Source of the DNA: Polaribacter sp.
GTDB taxonomy: Bacteria; Pseudomonadota; Gammaproteobacteria; Enterobacterales; Kangiellaceae
Direction: 5' to 3'
DNA length: 64,000 bases
Assembly (NCBI GenBank): GCA_047633355.1
Contig: JBLIBL010000003.1
Coordinates: forward strand, 13,186-77,185
Positions 20,387-30,273 of the stretch are shown here, piece by piece. The translations under genes and the position numbers were made by a program. The notes under the pieces were generated by a model. It was not told the origin of the DNA and did not search any database. It was given only the letters and a program-made list of their open reading frames with translations. Each line of letters starts with the position of its first letter. Within the stretch, counting starts at the first letter, position 1.

Positions 20387-21445
20387 TTACAAACTAACTT
20401 CTTCTAATAATACTGCAACTCTTTGCCCAACGGGAACATTATTGTTTGGAAAAACGATTGCTTCACCATCATTTTCAACTATATATTTCTCATTTTTTCC
20501 GTCACTCGCTAATAAATGTCCTTTTTGAAATGCTGTAAAATTTTTTAAATCGTCATCTACATGTAATTCAAACTCTTCATTTTTCTTTATAATCTCTTGT
20601 TTTACTTGAAAAACTCTATACTTTTCATTATCAAATGCTAGTGATTTAGTTGGAAGGTTTTCTATTAAGGATCGAAGGTTATTTGTAATACCGTCAAACT
20701 CTTTCATATCATTTTCGCCAAATGGTTTTACTTTTCCCAATTCAACAGTTGCTGAATTAGCACCAAATTGGTCACTGGTAAAATAACTAAACGTTCCCGC
20801 TGGCTGATTTCCTAATAAAACAGTCGTAATCTCGGAGCCACCAAAGAAAGCGATATGTTCTTTGTCCCAAGGCCTTTTGCCTTGATAGGGGTAAACAACG
20901 AATTTTTTGAATTTTGATGCTCGTATCGCCGTATGTAAATCAAAATGAAAACGTTTTAAATTATCTGAGGATGAAGAAGAACCATAAAATTCTGATACTG
21001 CTTTTTCAATATCTTCTGCACGGGCCGTTTCATAATCTTGGGTATCACTATCTTTATGTTTTTGTGAAAATAAACGGTTAAGATTTTGTGTTAAAAAGCG
21101 TTGACTAATATTCATCGCCGGTGGGTTGCCAATGATTAAAAGTATATTAGTTTTAACTTGAATATCGTTATTTATAATCCCTTTGATTAATTCATCCATT
21201 ATTTCTATTGGTGCCGTTTCATTACCGTGAATTCCACTTGAGATCACTATCGACACATTTGATAGTTTTTCAGGTGTTATTGATAAAATTCCAGTATGCG
21301 ACAAAGACAACTTTGCCCTGTTTTTTAGCGTAATTTTCTTACTACAAGGAATTGATTCTTCCCAACGCTTAGTTAAATCCAACAAACTACCATTAGTCAA
21401 AAATGTTAACCAATCTTGTTCAAACTCTGTATTTGTCATACCCAA
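20387..21445 (-). CDS. astE: Succinylglutamate desuccinylase
   Basis: 352 aa, collinear with E. coli AstE (SSGIHGNETAPIE, IIGNPPA, NRLF, DLHTAIR, AGTFSYF, ELGKVKPFGEND). Its stop lies 34 nt upstream of the argC start. Confidence 0.8.
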   Translation of the reverse strand: MGMTNTEFEQDWLTFLTNGSLLDLTKRWEESIPCSKKITLKNRAKLSLSHTGILSITPEKLSNVSIVISSGIHGNETAPIEIMDELIKGIINNDIQVKTNILLIIGNPPAMNISQRFLTQNLNRLFSQKHKDSDTQDYETARAEDIEKAVSEFYGSSSSSDNLKRFHFDLHTAIRASKFKKFVVYPYQGKRPWDKEHIAFFGGSEITTVLLGNQPAGTFSYFTSDQFGANSATVELGKVKPFGENDMKEFDGITNNLRSLIENLPTKSLAFDNEKYRVFQVKQEIIKKNEEFELHVDDDLKNFTAFQKGHLLASDGKNEKYIVENDGEAIVFPNNNVPVGQRVAVLLEEVSL

Positions 21446-21484
21446 ATTTTATATCCCATTAATATTCTATATTTGTAGTTTAAC

Positions 21485-23077
21485 TTATTCAGTAAAAAGA
21501 GAAAAAGATAACTTACCCATTTTTTTTGCTAAGTTTACTGATAGTTTTGCCGCAATTGAGTAAATAGTTAATTGAGGATTGACACCTAAGCTTGTGGGGA
21601 ACAATGAACCGTCGATCACATTTAGATTTTCTATTTGATGATGTTCTCCGTTTGAGTTAACAACAGATTTATTCTCATCACTACCCATAGTACAACCACC
21701 CATCACATGTGCGCTCATCGTTTGCCAACGAATTTTGTCAGCTTTTAAATTAGCTATCGCATTTTTAGCCGCATTCAAATTACTATAGCTGCTAGCATCT
21801 AAATGTAAAGGTGTAACCTTTTGAGCATCAACCGCAAATTGCAGCTCGGCCATTTTTTCCATAGCATGACGCAAACCTCTAAATACACTATCGCTTATTT
21901 GATAATCTAAAACGGGATATTGATTACTATCAAGTAACACTTGTCCGCCAACACTTTGGTCATTAAATCCATCTCTTAGTAATGCTAAGTTGGCTTGGTA
22001 GTAAGAAAAGTCTTTCATCAGTGATTGATGATGTTTTCCAAAGGAAGACATCAATGTTGAAGATAGCGCTGGGTGCATTGGTGGCACTTCAATTTTGTAA
22101 CCCATTTCTCCACTGACGCCATCTCGCCATAAAAACTCGTCACTGTAAATGCTTTGCGGTGCACCTTCAAATGCGTTTACTTTTTCCTTCATCTTTGCAA
22201 TCGTAGTGGTGACGGGGTGTAAGAAGGTTCTTTTACCTAAAGTATTATTAGGATTGACTATTTTACTTCTTAGTAGAATCGCTGGGCTTCCGATCGCCCC
22301 TGCCGCTAAAACAACATTTTTGGCAGTGACTTTAGTAACATTTTTCTCTTTTACTTGCCCTCTTTGATCCATAGCCGTTAACCATACCCCGACGGCTTTA
22401 CCGCTTTCTATAATGACTGACTCGACTCTTGCACGGGATATTAATTTTGCTCCATTTGCTAAAGCCGCAGGTATAGTTGAAACCAACATTGATTGTTTAG
22501 CATTGATTGGGCAACCCATTCCACAATAACCTAAGTTGGCACAGCCATTTACGTTTCTTGGAATTGATGCTAACGACCAGCCTAATTTATTTGCACCATC
22601 AGCCAACAGCTGATTATTTCTGTTGGGTGGTATTTGCCATTTTGAGATGTTAAGTCTTTTTTCGACCCAAGAAAAATAAGGATTTAAATCGTTGCTCAAT
22701 AAACCTTTTGTATCAAATTCAGATTGCCAATAATCCAAGGTTTGATTTGGTGTTCTAAAACTGGAAGTCCAGTTAACGGTAGTAGAACCACCTACGCTTC
22801 GGCCTTGTAGAATCTGAATACCTTTATCTTTTGTTTGTCGACCAGCCGCTTCTTGATACAAATCGGCATAGGCCGTTTTTTCTTTCATTTTAAAACTTTC
22901 GTTGGTTCTAAGCGGCCCTTCCTCAACGATTAAAACACTCAAGCCTGCGCTTGTTAAAATTTCCGCACTAATTCCGCCTCCAGCTCCACTGCCGACAATA
23001 ACAACGTCATATTCCAATTGTTTTTGAGGAATATCCGTGGCATAGTTTTGGCAATTTTCTTTATTGTATTGGTTCAT
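21485..23077 (-). CDS. GMC-family FAD-dependent oxidoreductase
   Basis: 530 aa with the VVIVGSGAGGG dinucleotide fold and C-terminal GMC signature-like MGGCTMG...VIDGSLFPTS. Confidence 0.8.
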   Translation of the reverse strand: MNQYNKENCQNYATDIPQKQLEYDVVIVGSGAGGGISAEILTSAGLSVLIVEEGPLRTNESFKMKEKTAYADLYQEAAGRQTKDKGIQILQGRSVGGSTTVNWTSSFRTPNQTLDYWQSEFDTKGLLSNDLNPYFSWVEKRLNISKWQIPPNRNNQLLADGANKLGWSLASIPRNVNGCANLGYCGMGCPINAKQSMLVSTIPAALANGAKLISRARVESVIIESGKAVGVWLTAMDQRGQVKEKNVTKVTAKNVVLAAGAIGSPAILLRSKIVNPNNTLGKRTFLHPVTTTIAKMKEKVNAFEGAPQSIYSDEFLWRDGVSGEMGYKIEVPPMHPALSSTLMSSFGKHHQSLMKDFSYYQANLALLRDGFNDQSVGGQVLLDSNQYPVLDYQISDSVFRGLRHAMEKMAELQFAVDAQKVTPLHLDASSYSNLNAAKNAIANLKADKIRWQTMSAHVMGGCTMGSDENKSVVNSNGEHHQIENLNVIDGSLFPTSLGVNPQLTIYSIAAKLSVNLAKKMGKLSFSLFTE

Positions 23078-23092
23078 ATTAATTGCCTATGC

Positions 23093-23626
23093 TTACGACT
23101 GAGAAAGTGATATTGCAGGGGGGCCCGGATAGCCAATGGCGCTCCATAATTTTTCTTCCGCGTAGGCAGAGCCTAATATGATTTTATGGATCCCTTTATA
23201 TCCTATTTGTAATAACTCTATTGAACTTTCTCGCCAACTAGAAATAAAATTAGCAATCGACTTCTCACTTGCCGATTGCCAGTTGAGCCAAACGCCTGCT
23301 ATCACTAACCTTCCAAATCCACTGGCTAGTAAATCTAACAGTTCACGTAATTCTTTTTGGCTTGTGTGTGAAAGTAAACTAATAGTGCCATCTATATTAT
23401 TCTTGATATGTTGAAGTGAGATATCAATTTCAATCTTTTTTGAACCAAATAGGTAAATAGGTATTAGTAAATCTAACAATATATCATCATCAGCATTCAA
23501 AAAAACGTAATCTATTTTTTTGTTATAAACTAGCTGACTTTGTTGATAAAATTGAAATGCAGACACGCCTCCTAAAGCTAGTAAAGTGGTTGAAACACTA
23601 GATTGTATAAATTGTCTTCTATTCAT
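23093..23626 (-). CDS. Tat-signal small subunit (gluconate 2-dehydrogenase subunit-3-like)
   Basis: 177 aa with the twin-arginine leader MNRRQFIQSSV. Lies immediately upstream of the GMC oxidoreductase. Confidence 0.55.
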   Translation of the reverse strand: MNRRQFIQSSVSTTLLALGGVSAFQFYQQSQLVYNKKIDYVFLNADDDILLDLLIPIYLFGSKKIEIDISLQHIKNNIDGTISLLSHTSQKELRELLDLLASGFGRLVIAGVWLNWQSASEKSIANFISSWRESSIELLQIGYKGIHKIILGSAYAEEKLWSAIGYPGPPAISLSQS

Positions 23627-23684
23627 ATGATTGCCATTATGTTTTCATTTTATCTACGTGGTACTTAATTTACGTGATATTTAA

Positions 23685-24647
23685 TTAATATTGTTCTAGA
23701 AACTCAGGAATTCTTTTATCTAAATAGTACTCTGCTTTCCAAGGCCATTTCCCGTGAACAAAGCCAACGTGACCGCCATTCTCATTTACTTCTAGAGTCA
23801 CCCATTTTGAAAGCTCATCTTTTGTTGGAAGTACAGTTTCGTTCATAAAGGGATCATCTTTTGCCTGAATAATAAGCGTTGGTTTACCAATCGTCTTTAT
23901 AAATTGTTTAGAAGAAGCTTTATTATAGTAATCTTCTGCACTTTCGTAACCATGTGTTGGTGCCGTTACATAGTTGTCAAATCGCCAAAAACAATTAAGC
24001 GATCTTATCATTGTTTTATTGGGTAAAATATCATCACCGAACTGTTTAAGCTTCTCTCGTGTTTTAGCTCTTAATGTTCGCAATAAAATATATTCGTAAA
24101 GCCTTGAAAACCCACTGTTTATCTCTGTAGCAGATACACCTAATAACATAGGAACTGAAACAGCAACAGCCGCTTTTACTGGCGCTTTATCTGCAAGCTC
24201 TCCTAGCCATTTCAGAGTAACGTTTCCACCTAGTGAAAATCCAACAAGATAGTCTATGGAAATTCCCTTATCTGCCAATTTAGTGATCACTTCATTTAAA
24301 TCTTCACTAACCCCGCTATTATAACTGCGTAACAATCGATTAGGTTCACCGCTACAGCTTCTAAAATGCATGACTGCAATTTGCCAATTTTTCTTTTTGG
24401 CCGCATTGACTAAGCCGCCAATATAGGGAGAATTAATTGATCCTTCTAAACCATGTAAAAGTAATAATGTCGGCCGATGTTTATTTTCAAAAAAATCGAC
24501 ATCGATAAAATCGCCGTCATTTAATTCAATCCTTAAGCGTTTAACATCAGTGCTAGAAGGTTTTGATTTAAAAAAAGTACTCCATAATGTCTGGATATGA
24601 CGATTTTTACTCCACCAAGACGCCTGAAACCCAGTTACTTCACTCAT
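23685..24647 (-). CDS. Alpha/beta-fold hydrolase, YheT-like
   Basis: 320 aa with HGLEGS, the nucleophile elbow GFSLGGN, and C-terminal GGHVGF. Confidence 0.65.
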   Translation of the reverse strand: MSEVTGFQASWWSKNRHIQTLWSTFFKSKPSSTDVKRLRIELNDGDFIDVDFFENKHRPTLLLLHGLEGSINSPYIGGLVNAAKKKNWQIAVMHFRSCSGEPNRLLRSYNSGVSEDLNEVITKLADKGISIDYLVGFSLGGNVTLKWLGELADKAPVKAAVAVSVPMLLGVSATEINSGFSRLYEYILLRTLRAKTREKLKQFGDDILPNKTMIRSLNCFWRFDNYVTAPTHGYESAEDYYNKASSKQFIKTIGKPTLIIQAKDDPFMNETVLPTKDELSKWVTLEVNENGGHVGFVHGKWPWKAEYYLDKRIPEFLEQY

Positions 24648-25089
24648 TCAAGTACGCTCATTAATATTAAACAGCTCAGGCTCTATCTCTATTGTTAGGT
24701 TATACGTTGGCATAAGCGCGATATTGACCAATATACCTATTATTTAATTCACGAATTATAACCTTTATTCGAGTTCAAATATTTGGCTTTAAGCGTTTAA
24801 TCTTTTTATTAGCTGAAAATCAACCATAAATCGAAAAAAGTACACTCTTTAGTCTAAAAACTCAGCCAATTTCTTATAAACGGCTAAAATAATTGAATCT
24901 AAAGATTAAAATTAATCTTTAAGCTAGATAATAGTAAGAGTCCAGTCTAGGTTTATGTGATAAATTATTGTTTTTAATGCTTTTTTTGTTTTTTGTGATT
25001 GTAAATAATACAAAGTTTAGAGAGGCTAAAAATAATTAATAGAGATTAAATTCGTAAATTGTTTGTTTTGTGGTGTATTCGGAAAAAAT

Positions 25090-25502
25090 ATGATGAATTG
25101 GTTAATCAAAACATCTTTAGGGTTAAAAAATTCACATTACTTAGTTCTTTTATTGGTTTAAGCTTTATTGTGGGGCGGCTCGATAGATTTATCATGTACA
25201 ACAACTGACGGAACATTTACGGCTATCTGGCTTAGTGCTAATCCTCGCCCTGAACGTGAAGAATTAGGTATAAATGATCCTCAAACTGTACCATTTATGG
25301 GACAGAAGTACGGGGGCGTGTCACTATTTTAGCTACAGCTATCGGAGAAGGATCATTTCCTGATACTAATAGTGGCCTAGCATATAGTGTGTCGATAAGA
25401 GGCACAACGACTGCTAAGTCTGGCAGTTTAGTCATTGAAGTAGAAACACCAGGCGGGCTTAAAATAACATTTTCACCTGTTTCTATTGATATTACTTTGT
25501 AG
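25090..25502 (+). pseudogene. Frameshifted gene for a small exported protein of unknown function
   Basis: Three consecutive reading-frame pieces: MMNWLIKTSLGLKNSHYLVLLLV*, then ALLWGGSIDLSCTTTDGTFTAIWLSANPRPE...GVSLF*, then ATAIGEGSFPDTNSGLAYSVSIRGTTTAKSGSLVIEVETPGGLKITFSPVSIDITL*. A strong terminator follows. Confidence 0.5.
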
Positions 25503-25525
25503 TTTAATTACATATAAAACGTATT

Positions 25526-25552
25526 AAAAAAGGCGCTTTCTGCGCCTTTTTT
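25526..25552. terminator. Bidirectional rho-independent terminator
   Basis: AAAAA-AGGCGC-TTTCT-GCGCCT-TTTTT. The stem is 25531-25536 / 25542-25547. It lies between the 25090-25502 ORF remnant (+) and the hemE stop (-). Confidence 0.85.
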
Positions 25553-25572
25553 AATAGATGATATTAACTGCT

Positions 25573-26631
25573 TTACTGGTGGTATTGAACACTAAACTCA
25601 TGCACAGCATCAACATAGGCTTTAACATTCTCAGGATCAATGGTCGGATGAATACCATGACCCAAATTAAAAACATGACCATTACCTTTACCAAACTTCC
25701 CTAAAATATCAGCAACTTCAGCTCTGATTTTTTCTGGGTTTGAATATAAAACACATGGGTCCATATTGCCTTGTAAAGACACTTGATGACCTATTCGACT
25801 TTTCGCTTGATCAATATCAATACTCCAATCTAAACCAACACAATCTGCACCAGTTGCGGCCATTGATTCAAGCCAACCAGCGCCACCTTTACTGTATATT
25901 GTTACAGGCACTTTTTGACTGTCTTTTTCTCTAATTAAGCCATCGATAATTTGTTGCATATAATATAAAGAAAAATCTTTATAGTCTCTTGTTGAGAGTA
26001 CGCCACCCCATGTATCAAAAATCATCACAGCTTGCGCCCCCGCTTCAATTTGAGCGTTTAAATAGGCTGTTACTGATTTAGCTAAAGTATTTAGCAGTTT
26101 ATGCATTGCTAACGGGTTTTCAAACATTAATCCTTTAACTTTTCCAAAATTTTTGGTGGTTCCACCTTCTACCATATAGGTCGCAAGTGTCCAAGGGCTA
26201 CCAGAAAAGCCGATTAGTGGAATTTCATTCTTTAAGTTTTTACGGATAACACTAACGGCATCGGTTACATAAGCTAGCTTATCTGAAACATCAGGCACGG
26301 CTAGTTTGTTGATTTCAGCTTCTGAAGTGATTGGTCTTTCAAATGCTGGTCCTTCACCCGGCTTAAAATAAAGGCCTAAACCCATTGCATCTGGGATTGT
26401 TAGAATATCAGAAAATAATATAGCCGCGTCAAGTTCAAACCGTCTTAAAGGCTGAAGGGTTACTTCGCATGCCAATTCCGGGTTAGTGCAAAGCGCCATA
26501 AAATCACCCGCTTTAGCGCGTAACTCTCTGTATTCGGGTAAATATCTTCCTGCCTGTCTCATCATCCACACTGGCGTGCGTTCAACTGGTTGGCTTAACG
26601 CTGCTTTTATATAGCTATCATTTTTAAGCAT
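25573..26631 (-). CDS. hemE: Uroporphyrinogen decarboxylase
   Basis: 352 aa with [15 protein letters not shown] and further family signatures ([19 protein letters not shown]). Confidence 0.95.
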   Translation of the reverse strand: MLKNDSYIKAALSQPVERTPVWMMRQAGRYLPEYRELRAKAGDFMALCTNPELACEVTLQPLRRFELDAAILFSDILTIPDAMGLGLYFKPGEGPAFERPITSEAEINKLAVPDVSDKLAYVTDAVSVIRKNLKNEIPLIGFSGSPWTLATYMVEGGTTKNFGKVKGLMFENPLAMHKLLNTLAKSVTAYLNAQIEAGAQAVMIFDTWGGVLSTRDYKDFSLYYMQQIIDGLIREKDSQKVPVTIYSKGGAGWLESMAATGADCVGLDWSIDIDQAKSRIGHQVSLQGNMDPCVLYSNPEKIRAEVADILGKFGKGNGHVFNLGHGIHPTIDPENVKAYVDAVHEFSVQYHQ

Positions 26632-26782
26632 TTATTTGTCTTTATTTAAAGGGTCTTTCAACCGCAAAAATTGATGTTGGGGATTTTACATTAGGTAACG
26701 ACTATCTTCTAGGGAAAACCAATTCAAATTGTAGTTAAGGCCTTTTTATTGACCTTTTTTATTTCAGTCTGTTAATTTCAGC

Positions 26783-28291
26783 TTATTTATTTATTTCATT
26801 TTGGATTGCTGATAAAGATTTAATCCAAGGCGTTCCTGGATAGTTCGCTTTTTTATACTTTTCTCTTGCGATGTTAGCGTCTGAGTGGTTATTAAATAAA
26901 TCACTTACAACTAAATAGAGATAGCTTTTGTTGGACTGTTTCCGTCGGTATATGTACATAGCAGATTTTAAAGGGTGATTTGAGCGAAAGGTTTTCGCAT
27001 TATCTAACTGACTTACACCTAGCCATTGTAATGATAAATAACTACTTGGCTGTGCAAGTAAAAACAGTTCATCTTTTGATCGCAATAGTTTGCTAATTAG
27101 CTTGTTTACATTTTTTTTACTTTCTTGTGTTTTACCTTCTAGAGTTTTATTTTTTATATAACTAGTGATGGGTTTAATTACTTCGAGTTTAGACTCCGTT
27201 TTTTTCAACGACGGAATATTCTTGATAGGGGGCATTGATTTTTTGCCTTCAATGCTCTTATCTGTATTTAATGAGTTTGAGGCGGAGTCGTTAGAATTTA
27301 GTGTTTTAGGGGTCTCTTTGTTATCATTTTGACCACTAGAAGAACCTGACTCAAGAGTTGGAGTTTGTTTTATTTGCTGTTGATTAATCACCCCTTTGTA
27401 AATTGCCTTCTTAATTTTTCGTTTACTACCTAGTTTATCTTGTGCTGGAGTTAATATAGCTGAGCTTTCACTGGTATTGGAGTCGGGTGAAATGATCTTA
27501 TTAATTTCGTCTTGGTAGAACAAGATACTAACAAAAATTACACCAAGCGCTAGATAAACAATAGCTTTCCAATAACTTGTTTTTTCCTGCGGAATTGCTT
27601 CAGCATTTGCTTGTTCTTTGGGTAAGCCAGATTGCCAACGTGATACCTGATATTCAAGCTCAGCTGGAATGCCTTTTGATAGTTGCCAAAAATAGTCTAA
27701 TTGTTTAGAGCCAAAAGTGCCTTCAATTTCATCGATATTTAGCTGGCTAATCGCAGCTACTAAAGAACTGACTTCACTTTTTTCAATTGCTTCCAATTGA
27801 AAAACCACACACATTTCTTGGTGTTGTTTAAATGTGTTAGTAAAGCTAATATTTTTTGGTAAGGATTCATCCCCCGCCAATAATAAAAACAAAACAGACT
27901 CTTGATGATTAATCTGACTCTGATTTAACTGCAACAAACTATTAAGACTATCGTTTGAAAGAAGGTGAGCATTATCTATACTAATGAGAGCTTTTTTTCT
28001 AAGGTTGTTGCGAATACTCTTTTCTATATGCTCAACACTATCAAGTTGTTGGCTAGGCAAACCCAGCTGTAAACAAATGACTTTTTGCAATTGGTCTTCT
28101 TGAATATCTAGTGAAGCATCAATATGGGCTATACATATTTCGTCACTTAGCCGTTGGTGTAGTTGCTCTAGAGTGTAAGATTTACCAATTCCTTTTTCAC
28201 CCACTAAAACGGCCACTAACTGAGAAAACCTCACTTGATTTTCAAGTGAGTCTAATAGTTGGCTTTTTTGAAGGCTTATGTAGTTTTCCAT
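26783..28291 (-). CDS. DamX-position protein: ExeA-like P-loop N-domain + TM + low-complexity linker + C-terminal SPOR domain
   Basis: 502 aa with GEKGIGKS (Walker A), a central TM segment (AIVYLALGVIFVSILFY), an S/N/K-rich linker and a SPOR-like C-terminus (YLSLQWLGVS...YLYLVVSDLF...PWIKSL). Located downstream of aroK-aroB. Confidence 0.65.
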   Translation of the reverse strand: MENYISLQKSQLLDSLENQVRFSQLVAVLVGEKGIGKSYTLEQLHQRLSDEICIAHIDASLDIQEDQLQKVICLQLGLPSQQLDSVEHIEKSIRNNLRKKALISIDNAHLLSNDSLNSLLQLNQSQINHQESVLFLLLAGDESLPKNISFTNTFKQHQEMCVVFQLEAIEKSEVSSLVAAISQLNIDEIEGTFGSKQLDYFWQLSKGIPAELEYQVSRWQSGLPKEQANAEAIPQEKTSYWKAIVYLALGVIFVSILFYQDEINKIISPDSNTSESSAILTPAQDKLGSKRKIKKAIYKGVINQQQIKQTPTLESGSSSGQNDNKETPKTLNSNDSASNSLNTDKSIEGKKSMPPIKNIPSLKKTESKLEVIKPITSYIKNKTLEGKTQESKKNVNKLISKLLRSKDELFLLAQPSSYLSLQWLGVSQLDNAKTFRSNHPLKSAMYIYRRKQSNKSYLYLVVSDLFNNHSDANIAREKYKKANYPGTPWIKSLSAIQNEINK

Positions 28292-28335
28292 TATTCTCTG
28301 GAATCCATCTCGATAGGCGTTGTGTTTTTAACACT

Positions 28336-29448
28336 TTAACTTGAAGTATATTCCTCAATGATACCTGCTATCAAGGATTTGTCGCTTTCTTCAACAATGA
28401 TTGCTCGGTTCTTATCGATTAGAACCAGCCTTAAAGAATCCGATCGATTTTTTTTGTCCTTTGCCATGACTTCAAGAAAATCTGCTGTAGCTAAAGGTAG
28501 TTCACAAGTTACAGGAAGTTTAAGGTTTTTTAAGATTTGAATGGAGGAGGTAAGGCTCCGTTTTTCAAGTAGGCCTTTCTTTACACTGAGTGCGAGGGCC
28601 ATAACTAATCCAATTGATACCGCTTCGCCATGTAAATAATGAGTGTAGCCAGTTAAGGTTTCTAAAGCGTGAGCAAAGCTATGACCCAAGTTAAGAATCG
28701 CTCGTTGTCCCATTTCCTTTTCATCTTCAGCCACAATATTTGCTTTCATTTGACAGCTAAGGTAAATAATTTCAGCTAATACCGTAGGTTCTCTTTCTAA
28801 AACCGCGCAAGGGTTTGTTTCAAGGATGTTATGGATCTTTTTTTCACCTAAAAAGGCATACTTTGCAACTTCACCAAGACCAGAGATATACTCTCTGTCG
28901 GGCAAACTAGAAAGTGTATTTGTATCTATGATGACTTGTTTAGGTTGATAAAAGGCTCCAATGAGGTTTTTGCCTTGGGGATGATTAATGGCTGTTTTAC
29001 CACCTACCGAGGAGTCAACTTGTGAAAGCAAAGTGGTAGGCACTTGGATTAAGTTCATCCCTCTTTGGAAGCTTGCGGCCGCAAAGCCGGTCAAATCGCC
29101 TATAACACCACCACCTAGTGCAATGATTAAATCATTACGTTTGAAATTATTTTGAATTAGGTAGTCGAGTATTGCAAAGTAATTTTCTTTGCTTTTATTT
29201 ATTTCACCATCATCGATAAGAAATGATTGGATATTTTCTTTTTCTATACCTTGGCTGTTTATACTTAATTTGAGTTGTTCAATGTAAAAGGATGCGACAA
29301 TTGGGTTGCTAACGATAAGAACTTTGCTACCGCTAAAGTCTTGCATAAAAGGAATTTTTTGAGAGATGAGAGATGAGCCTATTTGAATTAAATAGTTTGC
29401 ATCTTTTAAATTGACCTTTAGCTCTCTCAAATCAGATAAATTAATCAT
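28336..29448 (-). CDS. aroB: 3-dehydroquinate synthase
   Basis: 370 aa with GGGVIGDLTGFAAA, VPTTLLSQVDSSVGGKT and LNLGHSFAHALE. Confidence 0.95.
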   Translation of the reverse strand: MINLSDLRELKVNLKDANYLIQIGSSLISQKIPFMQDFSGSKVLIVSNPIVASFYIEQLKLSINSQGIEKENIQSFLIDDGEINKSKENYFAILDYLIQNNFKRNDLIIALGGGVIGDLTGFAAASFQRGMNLIQVPTTLLSQVDSSVGGKTAINHPQGKNLIGAFYQPKQVIIDTNTLSSLPDREYISGLGEVAKYAFLGEKKIHNILETNPCAVLEREPTVLAEIIYLSCQMKANIVAEDEKEMGQRAILNLGHSFAHALETLTGYTHYLHGEAVSIGLVMALALSVKKGLLEKRSLTSSIQILKNLKLPVTCELPLATADFLEVMAKDKKNRSDSLRLVLIDKNRAIIVEESDKSLIAGIIEEYTSS

Positions 29449-29501
29449 GAAGCCGCTGTTTTATTTTGATGTTATTGCCTGAAAAGGGTAGTAGGCTAAT
29501 T

Positions 29502-30023
29502 TTAACTTTCATTAACCTGTGCAGCAATCTTATTAGCAACGGATTTAATGGAGTTTTCATTGGTTGCAACAACAATATCAGCAATCTCTCTATATTGGGC
29601 ATCTCTTTCGATGTGCAAATTTCGTAAAGTTGATTCTGGATCATCATTGTTTTGCAATAAAGGGCGTTTTTTGTCTTTTCGTGTTCGTTCTAACTGTTGT
29701 TCAATTGAAGTTTCAAGATAAACAACAATGCCTCGACTCGCCAGAAAAGTGCGATTTTCGGGAGTAACCACAGCACCACCACCTGTTGCTAATACAATAC
29801 CTTGATGGCTAGATAATTCTTCAATGATTTCTTTTTCCCGAATGCGAAAGCCTTCTTCACCTTCAATATCAAAGATCCAGTCAATAGGCGCCCCTGTCCG
29901 AGACTCAATTTCTTGGTCGGTATCTAAAAACTCTAAATGAAGTAGTTGTGCAACTTGTTTACCGATCGTTGTTTTACCGGCTCCCATAGGGCCTACAAGA
30001 AATATATTTCTTTTACCTTTCAT
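29502..30023 (-). CDS. aroK: Shikimate kinase I
   Basis: 173 aa with [11 protein letters not shown] and GGGAV. Confidence 0.95.
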   Translation of the reverse strand: MKGKRNIFLVGPMGAGKTTIGKQVAQLLHLEFLDTDQEIESRTGAPIDWIFDIEGEEGFRIREKEIIEELSSHQGIVLATGGGAVVTPENRTFLASRGIVVYLETSIEQQLERTRKDKKRPLLQNNDDPESTLRNLHIERDAQYREIADIVVATNENSIKSVANKIAAQVNES

Positions 30024-30123
30024 ATAGTACTTTCTTTTCTTTAATTTTCATTGTTAAAGGGATTCTATTTTTAACTGTAAAGGCGAACTTGTTTTTTTAG
30101 TAGTGCTGATCGCGAATGATATC

Positions 30124-30198
30124 AGATAAAGCTGTGTTAGATAAACAGCTATCAGATAAACCTTCACTGAATAAACATGTACTGGATAAACCTATTAT
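30124..30198. repeat. Five exactly phased 15-bp repeats sharing an (A/G)(G/A)ATAAAC core
   Basis: Cores begin at 30124, 30139, 30154, 30169 and 30184 (AGATAAAG, AGATAAAC, AGATAAAC, GAATAAAC, GGATAAAC). A degenerate AGATAGG follows at 30214. Confidence 0.8.
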
Positions 30199-30232
30199 GT
30201 CAAATATCATACCAGATAGGCTAAAACACGAG

Positions 30233-30250
30233 AACCCGCGATGGCGGGTT
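30233..30250 (-). terminator. pilQ rho-independent terminator
   Basis: AACCCGC-GATG-GCGGGTT hairpin 24 nt past the pilQ stop. A T-tract (GTGTTTT) follows on the minus strand. Confidence 0.7.
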
Positions 30251-30273
30251 TTGCAGTATTATAACCTGTTAGA

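Noticed and set aside
29441-29647. 68-aa ORF bridging the aroK 3' end and the aroB start
   Set aside because: It is an out-of-frame overlap with aroK. The aroK-aroB junction is fully explained by the two conserved genes.
30124-30198. Possible DnaA boxes (TTATCCACA) or TyrR boxes in the 15-bp repeats
   Set aside because: Only the unit at 30184 (ACTGGATAA) approaches the reverse-complement DnaA box, at about 7/9. The others diverge at the critical positions. No TGTAAA-N6-TTTACA symmetry exists for TyrR.
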